A stretch of DNA of 64,000 nt from Octopus sinensis (Eukaryota): contig NC_043004.1 in assembly GCF_006345805.1 (NCBI RefSeq), positions 76,818,001-76,882,000 of the forward strand. The letters run 5' to 3'. Of the stretch, positions 38,510-51,714 are shown in pieces; the first letter of the stretch is position 1; every line of letters begins with the position of its first letter. Made by a program: the position numbers and the translations under genes. Under the pieces are notes generated by a model, which did no database searches, had not been told where the DNA came from, and saw nothing but the letters and a program-made list of their open reading frames with translations.

Positions 38510-39680
38510 AAGAAGCCGCACGACTCTGCCACAGTGTATCAGATGAAAGGATGAGCCTATATGAGCAGAAGACTATGCATGGTTATGTTAGTGGAAAGCT
38601 CCATGATGATAGTAACATTGATCTTCAAAGCAATTTATCATGGACCAATAGCGAGATTTACTACCTCCCACATTGAAGGGTATGCATTTGCAATCTAGGA
38701 ACAGGTAATATCAACCAAGTACCTGATGCACAAAAGTTACCCTAACTAGATTACAAGTTCAGCTTTATACCTGTAATTATTGGGGTCCTAGGATATGTAA
38801 CACACTGCCTAAATACCATTCTTGAGAAATTAGGCTTCTCAGAACCAGAAAGGAGAAAGCTAATTCGAAGACTACAGATCCAATCCATCACTGGAACTGT
38901 GAAAATCTGTAAAACTTTCCAGAAGTTTATCATTTAAACAGATATGCAACTATAAGCATGAGAATGCATACATAAAACATACAAATTTGTACATACATAC
39001 ATACATACATACATACACACAAACACACACACACACACACATACATACATACATACATACATGCATACATGCATGCATACATACATACATTCATACACAC
39101 ACACACATACATACATACATACATACATACATACATACAAACATACATACATACATACATTCACACATACACACACATACATACATACATACATTCATAC
39201 ACACACACACATACATACATACATACATACATACATACATACATACATTCATACATACATACATGCATGCATACATACATACATACATACATACATACAT
39301 ACATGCATGCATACACACATACATACATACATACATACATTCACACATACACACACACACATACATACATACATACATACATGCATACATACATACATAC
39401 ATTCATACACACACACACATACATACATACATACATACATACATACATACATACATACATTCACACATACACATACATACATACATACATACATACATAC
39501 ATACACACATACACACACATACATACATACATACATACATACATACATACATACATACATACAAAAAAAATACCCTGTTGTTGATATTGAAATTGCAATG
39601 AAGGAGTCTTGGATCTAGGTTAGAAACCGGTTCTTTCTCTATTGGCAAGAAACCCTGAAATAAACTGAATAAAGATATAT
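38510..39680 (+). mobile_element. Dong/R4-like (RLE-type) non-LTR retrotransposon remnant, internally deleted
   Basis: KTMHG...EGYAFAI*EQVISTKYL joined to FIPVIIGVLGYV...LEKLGF...LQIQSITGTVKICKTFQKFII*; extension of the 3' UTR beyond 38990 is inferred. Confidence 0.65.
38988..39562. repeat. Long (TACA)n/(CA)n compound microsatellite, ~570 bp
   Basis: Directly visible. Confidence 0.95.
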
Positions 39681-40565
39681 ACATATTTAAGTAAAATTCA
39701 TATAGAGTAATCTCACTATTCACTAGAATTTAGGAATTATTCGTTAGGCCTCATATGTATTTCCTATATAATAGAGCAAAAATTTATTTCTTTGGCGAAC
39801 TTTAAGGATTCATACAACACATACTCAAGACCAGTTTTCAGAACATCAAGGAGACAAAAAATGAAACTTTCAGTCGACCTTTGACTATTTAGGATATTTA
39901 AAACACTTTCCATAACACATAAATAAATTGATTAAGAAAGCTAAATGATTATGTTAATTAAAATATCCAGAGACGGTAGGATTAATATCGATTGTGACAA
40001 GGCTTCACATACACGTTCCACAAGCATTAAATAACAAGAAGTAATATAAGGGAGAAAACTCCTGATAAACCGATAATATTTTCGAACTATTAACGATTCT
40101 TGATATTCTGATACACATATCAATCACCCTTCACGGGTACAAAAAGCTTCAATCCATTTCTAAATAATATCATTCATAAAATGTTTATTTATTTATTTAT
40201 TCGTTGATGCAATACAAAATATTTATAAAAATTATAATAATGGATTCAAATTCTGACACACGGCTTTGAAGGGAGGGTGAAGTCATTGACCACCCCCCAG
40301 CCCAGTACTTGACTGGTACTTATTTTATTGCCTCTGATAGGATGAAAGGCAATGTCAACTTCGGCAAGATTTAAACTCAAAACACAAGCTGGAAATAATA
40401 AATGAAGAATATCTTTTGCATTTGATGTTTGTTGCATATGGATTTAAATTTGATAAGTTATAAATATTTATTGTGTTCTCAAGCTACACCTAAGAAGCAT
40501 TTTCACACACAAGGTGCACAGGCCACAATGTCAAAACAGCTACTGGTTTAAACACTATTGCATTA

Positions 40566-40936
40566 TCTCTCTATATTTAAAGCTGAAGTTGTCTCTGTGT
40601 GGCAGGTTTGGTAGCCTTCAACTAACACTATCTCCTCCGAGACCCTGCGGCGCAAGTTGACCACAATTGAGAATATGATAGAAGAAGGCTTGCTCTTCCT
40701 TCTGTAGAAGAAAAAATTCAAATCAGACCATGTTAACACCAAAAATTATTTACATCAAAAAGGTGCTTTTCTTCTATGAAAATCCCTATTTTTTACGATA
40801 TTTTTACTGCTGTGTTGCCATTTATCAGTGTATTTAAAGAGAATAACAAGCTACATAATGCAAAATTTTTACTTTTCAAAAATTCCAATTCTAAAGGGTC
40901 GAAACAAATCCGAACAATGCTGGGTGATATTGCTAG
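40566..40936 (+). mobile_element. Non-autonomous Helitron, second copy
   Basis: Collinear with 36455-36850; A|TC...CTAG|T. Confidence 0.8.
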
Positions 40937-41179
40937 TTAATAATAAAGCAAAGATAGTGGAAACAAATAAAAATAATTTATTGAAAGTTAATGCCTTTTT
41001 CTTTATCTACTACGTATATATAGCAAATTCTTCTATGTCAGAATTACACTAAAACTGACATCATTGCAAAATAAATGGAAAGGTTCATTAGTGATGTTTT
41101 CAACTCAAATGCATGACCAAAAATATAAATGAAGCGAAATTTGAGGACCTCCATATATCATTGTCATATTATAATATCC

Positions 41180-41490
41180 ATGTAAAAAGCACTTAGTCCA
41201 CTTTGTAAGGTGGTTGTTGTTAGGAAGGGCATCCATCTGTAAAAGCCCTGCCAAAACAGACAGTGAAGCCTAGTGCAAGCTTCTGCCTAATCAGCCCCTG
41301 TCAAACCGTCCAACCCATGACAGCATGAAAACTGAATTAAGTGATGATGATGATGATGATGATGATGTTTCATGCTAGCATGGGTTGGATGGTGTCTGCT
41401 TTGTCCTGATTTCTATGGTTGGATGTCCTTCATAATGCCAAGCACTTTATAGCATGTATTAGATGGTTTTCTTTATGCCACTGGTACTAG
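41180..41490. mobile_element. Two RTE-type tails joined tail-to-tail (41180-41365 +, 41368-41490 -)
   Basis: Terminal motifs in opposite orientation around a (GAT)n run. Confidence 0.7.
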
Positions 41491-43269
41491 TGAGCTTGCA
41501 AGACTACAAAACCCAAGATGGTGGGGGAAGCTTTATGTTAGAAGATGTGGTGTTAAATTATGAGAGGTGGGAACAAGCAGCTTCTTGTTGTAGTGGAACT
41601 TCATCGCTACTCACATTCGGAAGAGTGGCTGGGAAATGTCCATAAAGAAATTTATGCAGAACTGGTGTGGTTAAATGGTAAAATGGTAGAGTTGAAAAAA
41701 GCAATACCAGCTTTCAGAGCAGATGGGAGTTCATAACTATTTCCATTACAATATAGATTAGCTCAGTTTATAAAGAAATACATCTGATCTGCAAAATTAC
41801 TATCTTCTGAGGTACATATGTTGATATGCTAATATTCTAATTTGGCTTCTGATTCCCAGACTAATTTAATTTATACTCTCTTTAAAGTCCTAAAGATAGT
41901 GAGATTCAGATTTTACTTGCTCTTTCTAATAATTCAGGTGCATAGAAATTGAATATGAAATTAATACTTAAAGATCAACATCAAACTAAATAAATAAACA
42001 ACATCTCAACTTTGACAGGACTTGCAATCAGGGAAGTGAAACACCAAATCAAACCCCATAAATAATTTAGTGTACTCACTTTACTTTAGCCCTTTAAGCA
42101 CAGTCGCCCAGCTAGAAACAAGAGCCAACACCTTCTTTAAAAAGGATAGATACTTTGGGTAATGTATATAGAAAAAGAGGGAAGATTATGGATAAAATGT
42201 CTTTGATCAGATGTCTACATGATTCAGGACTAACAGCAGCAACAACATAAGTGATTTTGCTTTGGCACCCTTTCTGTGAGAGGAAAGAGTGTAGCTAATT
42301 GAAAATAAAGACAACTCAAAATTAATATCTTACTGATAATTATTATATTAACTCCATATTGATAGAGGATAAGGCTGTCTTAAAGAGTTTTAAGTTATAA
42401 CAATAAAAATATAACTAGTAAAACTAACTCATTGAAACAATAATGAAAATGATGGTTTAGGATACATTATTAGCAATTAAACATTATTTGTTATCTAACA
42501 GTTCAATATTGTACGATAGTATTTTACACTATCAACATGGTAAATTATTTATTGTGCATGTTGTTGTGAACATGTGATGTGAATGGATTATTATTATTGG
42601 GAAAAAAAAGTACCAATGCCATCAATGGAGAATATCTGCAGATTAGGATGTCATGGAAAAAATGGTGAACCAAATTTCAAGATTGCTGAACTTTACATAA
42701 AATATGATGAAAGATCAAGACTAGTGTTGATCAGCTGTATGGCTGTAAATAATCCAATAACTTTTGGTGATTTTAAAGACTTCAATTTATACTCAATATT
42801 CTAACCACATTGAGATTTATGAGGAAATATTTTTAATCTATTATGCAAGGAAATAATTTATTGGAAATCAAATAACTTCATGATTATTTTGAAATATGCA
42901 GAGACAGTCTCTCCCATCTTATAATATGTGCAAAGTTATGTCTAACAATGTCTACAAGAAGTAATCCTGCAAAGACAACCTGGTTAAATTATTTATATTC
43001 TAAACTTTTATTTCTAATGGTTAAGGGAACTAATACTATTTCTTGTGCTTGTTATCAACAAACCATGGTCATGTATTTGGCTTTATTGCAGCTAAAGGCT
43101 GAAAGTTGTGATTCCGATATTTTACATTCCCAAAGGATGAAAGGCAAAGTCAATCTAGGCGGAATTTGAACTCAGAATGTAAGGACAGACGAAATACCAC
43201 TAAGCATTTTGCCCGGCATGCTAACATTTCTGCCAGCTCACTACCTTATACCCCTACTATATTGAATGT

Positions 43270-43568
43270 TTGTTCCTTCTCGAGCCACACCTGGCTCATA
43301 AGGGCTGGTTTCCCGGTTTCCTTGGTGTATAGGTTCCCCACCTGGATGGGACACCGGTCCATTGCAGGTGAGCTACAAGATACAGGAGGAAAGAGTTAGA
43401 GAAAGTTGTGGCAAAAGTGTCAGCAGAAGTTTGCCTTTACCTTCTGCCGGAGCCGCATGGAGCTTAGGTGTTTCGCTCATAAACACACACATCACTTGGT
43501 CTGAGATTCGAACCCATGATCTCTCGACTGCAAGTCTGCTTCTCTAACCACTAGGCCATGTGCTTCCA
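43270..43568 (-). mobile_element. tRNA-derived SINE with a family D-like head and a different 3' region
   Basis: TGGCCTAGTGG A-box, GGTTCGAATCT B-box, GAGCGAAACACCTAAGCTCCA shared with family D; 3' part resembles 34170-34280. Confidence 0.75.
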
Positions 43569-43621
43569 CATATCTAATATACTCTGATATTAATATGTTC
43601 ATGAGGTTACGGTTAGGGTTA

Positions 43622-43830
43622 GGTGGCAAGCTGGTAGAATCATTAGCATGAAAGGCAAAATGCTTTGCAGCCTTTTGTCCATCTACATTCTGAGTTCAAA
43701 TTCAACCAATGCTCACTTTGCCATTCATTATTTTGGGGTTGATAAAATAAGTACCAGTTGAGCACTGGGATCAATGTAACTGACTTAACCTCTCCCCCAA
43801 AATTGCTGGCCTTGTGCCAAAATTTGAAAT
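43622..43830 (+). mobile_element. SINE family C
   Basis: Collinear with 59965-60170. Confidence 0.8.
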
Positions 43831-43834
43831 CACA

Positions 43835-44285
43835 CAATCAAATGGAAATTGTAGATGTGGCTGATGGCAGTGCTGACTGACTGGCTCTTGTGCTGGTGGC
43901 ACACAATAAGCACCATGCATGCATGGGTTGTTACCAGTGCTGTCTGACCGGCTCCCCATGCTGGTTGCACATAAAAATCACCATCCAAACATTGTCGATG
44001 CCAGCCCCTCTCCCCCGACTGGCTCCTGCACTGGTATCATGTAAAAAGCACCATCTAAACGTGGCCAATACCAGTGCTACTTGACTGGCTCCTGTGCTGG
44101 TGGCACATAAAAAGCACCCACTACACTCTCAGAGTGGTTGGTGTTAGGAATGGCATCCAGCTGTAGAAACCTTGCCAGATCAGATTGGAGCCTGGTGCGG
44201 CCTCCTGGCTTGCCAGTCCCCAGTCAAACTGTCAAACCCATGCCAGCATGGAAAACGGACATTAAATGATGACGACGATGATGAT
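43835..44285 (+). mobile_element. RTE-type 3' UTR element, closely related to 12995-13436
   Basis: Same unit order and terminal motif. Confidence 0.85.
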
Positions 44286-45634
44286 CTAAAGTTGTATTTT
44301 GCCAACCAGGGGTGAAATGATATATGAGGTCAACAGAATATTTTAGTATTATTAAAACGAAATTAATCATTTAAGGTCAGAAAGATTATAATCAGTTGTA
44401 AATTATAAAATGAAATTTGAAGTTCTTGGAGAAAATATTTGTTTTAATTTACAAAAATGTCAAAAGAAAAACAAGTAAAGTAAAGTAGAAATGAATTAAT
44501 GAGTGAAACAAATAAAAGGTATTGAGATATAAAATAAATATTTAGTTATAAGTTGGCTTTGAATGCATTTCAAAAATATTCAAGCAATTGTTAAAAATCA
44601 ATCACAGATATTCGCCAAATATGGAAACAAAATATTTGCTGTGCATCAAAGAATTTGTAATAGTATAATGAATTATGGAATAAGTTCACAAATATTTGTA
44701 ATTCTTTAAGATCACAAATCCATGACAAAATAAATAATCAATAAATTCCTAACAGCATTGAACTAATTGTAATGATAATATTCACTGTAAAGAGAGTATA
44801 ATATTATGCAAAATGGTTACTGAGTCAATATTAAACTATGTCTAACCGGATTTAAACATATTAGAAAACAAAACATAAATAAATAAAAACAAAATATTAA
44901 CAAGAAAGAAAGGAATTTCCCTATCACCATTTTTAAAATATTCACTTTCACTGTTTACAAAATATATTGAGGCTGACATTTGTTTGGCGAAATTGTCTTA
45001 TATATATAAAAAAACAATGTTTGTTTTTGAATAGCTTTGTAATCATATTCAAACATGTCCTCCTCCTGCTACTGATTGCCACATCAAAAAGAAACAATTC
45101 TGGTTTATGGAAAAATCTAATAGGAGATAGCCAACATAATTATCAAGTGAAAGAGACAAGCCAACAAGGGAGTCTGAGGAAACCTCTATATGGTTGCATG
45201 AGCCAAAGAAAGAGAGAGTGGATGGCCCGCTAAGACAATGAGCATATCTATGTGGTCATTCAACAGGCTAAAAACAACAGTTGAGCACCCTTGCATCATA
45301 TTCTATCATCTTGAGTAAGCACAGGACATATTAGATACACTAGTCCCACAAACCTCTAAATAAACAAGATAGTCATGGCTGAACTGTCTTTGATTATAAG
45401 AACTGATCTGGAACCAAACAAAAACATGAAAGCGGCAATAATTAAAATCAACTTCATATATGCTTAAAAGGTTAGTATGGGCATTGTTAGGATGGAAACA
45501 TTTGTAGCTCAAGCCTCACTCTGACCCTAACAACTAAGACTTCCCACCTCAACATCTCAAAGATGATGGAAACAGTTGTAAACAACCATATTCTTTAAAC
45601 TTCTTTTAATTATCTTTAACTAGCAGAACCATTA

Positions 45635-45840
45635 AGTGGCAAAATTGTTAGCACACTGGGCAAAATACTTAGGAGCATTTCATCTGGCTTTATGTTCTGA
45701 GTTCAAATTCTGCCAAGGTTGACTTTGCCTTTCATCTCTTTGGGGTCGTTAAAATAAGTACTAGTTGTGCACTAGGGTTGATGTAACCAACTTAACCCCT
45801 TTCCTGAAATTGCTGGCCTTGTGCTAAAATTTGAAACCAG
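45635..45840 (+). mobile_element. SINE family C
   Basis: Collinear with 59965-60170. Confidence 0.8.
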
Positions 45841-46012
45841 TTATCTTTACCTTTCTCAGTGATCAGTAATACATATTCTGTACAGTCAAAATTATTGAAG
45901 ATTTGCTCTCCTCTATCACACACCTTGTCATCATTCAGTCTTCAAAATTATTGGGAAAATAATGTCATTGACCTTGAGTGAAATAGTCATTATCATCATC
46001 ATTGCCATTTAA

Positions 46013-46233
46013 CCATTTCGTTACCAACCCAGCTGAAACCGGCTCTGGCTCTGTAGTACAAATGTCTTGTTTTCATAAGTTTTGAATTAAAATCTTCCAC
46101 CAAACCTTAGTCACAATTTATGTTCCTAACAGTGGCTGAATGATAACTAAGTTATTTTACTAAATTCTTTGTTATATTTAAAGTAATTGAAAGAAACACA
46201 GACCATCTCAGAATAAATACAGTAACAAAATGG
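46013..46233. mobile_element. TTAA-specific MITE (second family) nested in an RTE tail
   Basis: TTAA|CCATTTCGTTAC...GTAACAAAATGG|TTAA; the host RTE tail resumes at 46238. Confidence 0.85.
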
Positions 46234-47949
46234 TTAAAGTCCGTTTTCCATACTGGCATGGGTTAGAAGGTTTGACTGGAGATGGTAAGCTGAAGAGCTG
46301 CTTCAGGCTTGTGTCTGGTTTGGCTTCGTACAAAAAATTCAACCTGAATATCAACCACATTGACTTCAACAATCTGAAAAAGATTGCAATGGTTGGGAAT
46401 TTCCTCTTACTTCTGCTGACTAATTTTTTTATCAAGAGGAGAAAAATGTAACACTTGATATTGAATGTAAAGCAACCAATGTGCAAACATTTTAGATAGC
46501 ATGTTCCAACATTTCCTAATACTGATTCAGCAGATAAAAAAGCTTATTTCTATTTAATAGAACGGAAATGCTGAGCTGTTTGGTAAGCACAATTAATTAT
46601 CAAGCATCGTAAACAAAAATCTCTAGATATGAGAATCTGTCAGATTTTAATTCTTGATAACACTTTGTCAGAGATGCCATAATGATTAAAATGATTAATA
46701 GAAAACAATGAAATTGAAATTAACCTAAAAACATTGGGATGATTAAATGAATGTGTGATGACCATTTATATTTCAAACAATGTGCATTGAAGCAGATGTC
46801 AAAAGCCAGTGTGAAAGTCAACAAAAAGTCAGAGCCCAAGCTTTATTTCTTGAAGTGTTGCCGTAATTACTATTATTACTATCACATTAATTACTTTTTT
46901 TTATACTAGTTAACTATTACCCACTGATCAAAATGGATACATTTTGATTAGTTGATTTAATTCAAATAATTTTAAGTAAGATAAGATAGAGATAAATTCT
47001 ATATAATGAAACTAATAAAGTATGATTTCTTTGACATTGTATAATTATATACATATCATATATATATATATAGGGTTTATTAACAGCTCTGAACTATAGA
47101 AAAATTAATTTTAAATTTAATTTAATAGAAGTGAAATATACTGGGGGAAATTACAACTGATTAATAAAGAATATTAAAATGAACAAAAATACTATAATAC
47201 AAGCAATTAGCTACATCATCATCTAACATCCATTTTCCATGCTGGCATGGGTGGAATAGTTTGACAGACGTTGACAAACCAGGAGCCACACAAGGTTCCA
47301 TTGTCTGTGTTGGCATGGTTTCTACAGCTGGATGTCCTTCCTAATGCCAACAAATTTACAGAATGTATGAGGTACTTTTTATGTCACCAGCACCAGTGCT
47401 TTTTATGTGGCACAAGAACCGACAGGATCATCAAGTACCTCAACACTTCTTAGCAAATCAGTTTTAACTAGCTTGTACTAATGTAAGAACATAGAAAAGT
47501 TGAGTCCAAGAAAGGGAAGAAATGTCATAACATACATGATTTAATATATATAGTAGCTGGGAGGGAAGGATGTCCACCCTGGGTGGCGTTTATATGGAGG
47601 CAGCACTTTTCAGCCTGTTGTATAAACTGTATAGGAGGTGTAGCACTAGCAAATTCAAGGGCTAACCCAGGTGCCACTTATTCAATATGTGTGGACACAT
47701 CATCAGCTATATCAACCACAGATAAGCAACTATATGTTCTTTCTTATAATAACACTACCTTTCAGACAATAAGTGTGGTTTGAGAAGTGGAGAGATAATA
47801 TAATTGCTCTAGTCGAAGAGAGAGAGAGATAAAATTACAATGCTGGGATTGCTTACATGATTCCCATATAATCTATACATAATCACAAAATGTAAGATAA
47901 AAAGCTGGATAGAAGGACTGTTATCATAAGGCTCTAGTGAAATTTATTA

Positions 47950-48400
47950 CAATGGTTGATGCCAGGAGACATCATTACTGTAACAGAGGATTTTAATTGT
48001 CCTGCAGGGAAGTACTGGAATAAACAGAATCTATGACCATAACACAAAGGATACAGAGTGAAGGCTGCAGTTTTATGAAGACTATTTGTTATTTATAACA
48101 TAAACTTCCAAAAGCCAATCAACAAACTGGTTTTGTACCAGTCAGGGGAGGCTAAGTTGCAGAATGAGACACATAAATGGCTGTCAATACAAAACTTGTC
48201 CTTGCTAAGAAATAAATATTTCTCTCTTCTCAAAGCAAAGATTAGTGTCAGTGAATTTAGAAGGTAAACAAAACAGCAAGGTCAAAAATTACAGCTAAGA
48301 GGTGAGAAATGTGAAGACTGACAATACATTTATGAGGGCTAACTTCCTGAATGTACTCTTAAATGCTTATTTGGATTTTAAAAATAGAAAGAAGGATTTA
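47950..48400 (+). mobile_element. Heavily degraded LINE endonuclease-region remnant (RTE-like)
   Basis: EDFN (GDFN-like) and FQKP...LVLYQSGG-like traces across frameshifts. Confidence 0.35.
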
Positions 48401-48769
48401 TCTTGTAAGAGATAGTTTTTCTAAGGGACAATCGTTTATATTTTGGCATAGGAATAATGTCTAGATATGGGAAGACATTGAAATAGAAATGTAATTAGGA
48501 GAGATTGAAAGAGAAAAAGTGTAAAGAAATAAGGAGAGGAAATCCAGCAGAGATAATTCTAGAGATTGAATGAAAGTCAATGAATAGAGTAATTGAAGAC
48601 ATAAAAACATAGAAATCAGCAAATCTTGGAAGAGATGGCAGTAATTAAAAGCTCTGATGAGAATAAAATATTTCTAGGATTTGGTGGTTGCAGTTTCATG
48701 TGAATATAAACTGATTGACAGACCAGAATTAATGCTTTGCAATTCTATGAAATGCCAATGTCATTGTTT

Positions 48770-49090
48770 TTACCTTTGTCTGTTACTTATTTTAGTCATT
48801 GGTCTATGGCCATGCTGGGACACCCCATTGAAAGGATTTAGTCAAACAAATTGACTCCAGTACCTACACCTCTTTTTTTTAAGTCAGGTCCTTATTTGAT
48901 CAGTTATTTAGCCAAAACCACTTAGTTATGAGGATATAAGAAAACCAGCCCTGGTTGTCAAGCAGAGAGATGGGGGACAAACAAAGACACACACACAACA
49001 GGCTTCCATACATTTTCCATCAACCAAATTCATGCACAAGACATTGGCTGGCTTAGGGTTTTAATAGAAGACACTTACTCAAGATGCTTT
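48770..49090 (-). mobile_element. SINE family A, old copy
   Basis: Degenerate match to family A. Confidence 0.65.
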
Positions 49091-50269
49091 GCAATCTTCA
49101 TAAAAAACTGCTATGCACTTTTCACTTGTATTAACATGTCTAAATTTTCCACAGCTCTGACTACCTTCCCCACTATCTACTCCCATTTAATTTTTAATCA
49201 ATATGAATTTCAAAATTGTGTCTCTTGCCAATGATAAGAATTATCATTAATACTAATGATCTTTCTTTTCATTATAGGCTTAATTTTAATTGATTAAAAC
49301 ATAATTTAATTCACTTTATTTTAGTTCCCACTTTAAATATACATTCTTTATGCAGAAGGCATCCCTGGGAAAATTTCTTATTTCTGTTTTCAAGATTCTT
49401 TTCTCTTCTAAATTTTCCTTATTACTTTATATTATTCGAATTTTCCATCAGTTTCTCTTCTTTGCTCAAACTAGAATCATAATATTCACAACAGAAAGCT
49501 CTGAATGCACCCCACAACACACACAAACATCTTCATCCCTTTTTCATAAAATAAGTTGTTTGTGGAATGAATTTAAGTGTCTATATATTACCAGTAAGTG
49601 AATTTCATCATACATTTCTTTCCACTGACAGTTCAACTAAGATTTATCACTTCCCTGATTCATTATATATTATCAGCTAAATACATATACACAGATCACC
49701 ATGAAGATACTGGAAACATTACAGAAGTTAGCACACACATTCCTATTTTTTCCCAGCAATTTATTGCAACCTGTATATTTCTTATTTTCATATGATGTTA
49801 GTTGATCTTGGTACAAAAACCAGCACATCAAGGGGAACAGCTATAAAAACATTCAACTAGCAAGAAGTCAAACTTTAGCATCTTACAAAAAAAGAAGGGC
49901 TCACTGGGATAATGAAATCTTAGACAGCCTTAAAAAATTTATAATTCTTGTTGGAATGCTTTTAAATCATAGGTCTGCTCAATCACAGTTGATTTAAGGC
50001 TAAAAACTAACAACCAACAAATCATCCATAAAAAGGAAAGCCCCATGCATACTTCATCTTTAGAATTAGCAGCCAAATCTGTCTCAGATCAAGTTCTACA
50101 ATCCTGAAAAAAAAATAAAATAAAAGGATATATTGGACAATGTAGTTCTCTAAATGTGTAGAAGTTTGGATAGTCATGGCCAGAACATCTTTAATCACAG
50201 GTCTGATCACCTGTGTCTACCTTGGGCCAAACAACAAAAAGTAATGGTAAAAAAAATACAATATTAATA

Positions 50270-50483
50270 CTGGTTTCAAATTTTGGCACAAGGCCAGCAA
50301 TTTCAGAGGAAGAGATAAGTCGATTACACCAACCCAAGTGCTCAACTGGTATTTATTTTATTGATCCTGATAGGATAAAAGGCAAAGACGACCTCAGTGG
50401 AATTTCAACACAGAATATAAAGACAGACAGAATGCCACCAAGTATTTTGCCTGGTACGCTAATGATTCTGCCAGCTCACTGCC
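50270..50483 (-). mobile_element. SINE family C
   Basis: Reverse complement of 59965-60170. Confidence 0.8.
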
Positions 50484-50568
50484 TAAATACAATAATAATA
50501 TGTTAAGTTATGAAAATAAAATCCCAGTAAATGAAGATCAGGATTAACATAAATATACAATAGTCTAC

Positions 50569-50883
50569 TACAATAACTTGAACAGGATAAACTATCCATA
50601 TATTGCAGAAAAAGTGGTCAGCGGCCAGCCATGAGACTTGAACTCACATCCCTGTGATTACGTGTTTACTTTAATCGTAAGTTGAATTTAATGTTAGTGT
50701 CTTATAAAGCTAGATTTATAAATCCTAAAATTGCAGACAAATTCATTACTGGGCAGTTTAGCTTAAAGGTTAAAGTGTTTGGCATTTAATCACAGGGATG
50801 TGAGCTTGAGTCTCATGGCTAGCTGGCTGGTAATGATTTTTTTCCGCAATATATGGATAGTTTATCCTGTCCATGCTATTGTA
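50569..50883. repeat. Inverted repeat formed by two head-to-head tRNA-like units
   Basis: ACAGGATAAACTATCCATATATTGC and GCCATGAGACT..ACTCACATCCCTGTGATTA are mirrored at 50787-50870. Confidence 0.85.
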
Positions 50884-51714
50884 TTATCATTACCATGTGT
50901 TTGAGAATAAAATATTCCTCTATCTTTCAATACATCTCAATGTTTCTAAAACAAATTTTGTTTACTTTCATCATAAGTTGAATGCAATAGTCTATTTTCA
51001 ATAAAATTGACAATTTTGACAGGTTTCCATTGCAAATTTTGAATCAATACAATAAACAAATTTCAAAGTCAAAACACAAAATTTTAATTTCCTTCTCTAA
51101 TTATCTGCTTTAAATGATCATTTTTATTAGAAATAAAGCAGCAAAATTTGGTAAAGTGTTTCAGGATTTCTTCATTTGAGATTCCTGGAATACCTATGAA
51201 ATCACAGTTTCGATGTCTTCCTTCAATTTCCTTACACCATTTATGTGGCTGTTTCTTACAAGAAATTTTGTTTTCATGTAAAACAACTATATTTTGTAGT
51301 CATTATCTATAATCCACTTCCAAAACACTTCAGTAGCCCTACTTTGCATCACTTGAAAACTTATATGGTCTATTATCATTGAAGTGCAATGACCTCCACA
51401 ATAACCAGCCTTCAATTTGGCTTTCTGTCCCTAGGTTAATTGGAAACATAGATTGCCATGCTACTCATAAACCTTCTCAATAGTTGAATTATTTGGTGAA
51501 AAAATACCATCTAAGCAACTTAAACCATCCAAAGGACAGGTGTATTTGCTCGTAAGTAAAGAGGATAAGGTTGAATACATGAAACCTCTCAGTAAGTTAA
51601 ATATAAAAACTAACAGTGGAATATATGAAGTGGAATGATTAACAGTGGAATAAATATATATATAAAAATACATATAGCATACTAAATGTATATTGATGAC
51701 ACATAGCATATTAT

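Noticed and set aside
38930-39723. Multiple long HTYI/MYVC ORFs
   Set aside because: Translations of the (TACA)n microsatellite
43605-43625. Telomere or interstitial telomeric array
   Set aside because: Only about three imperfect units, with no associated structure
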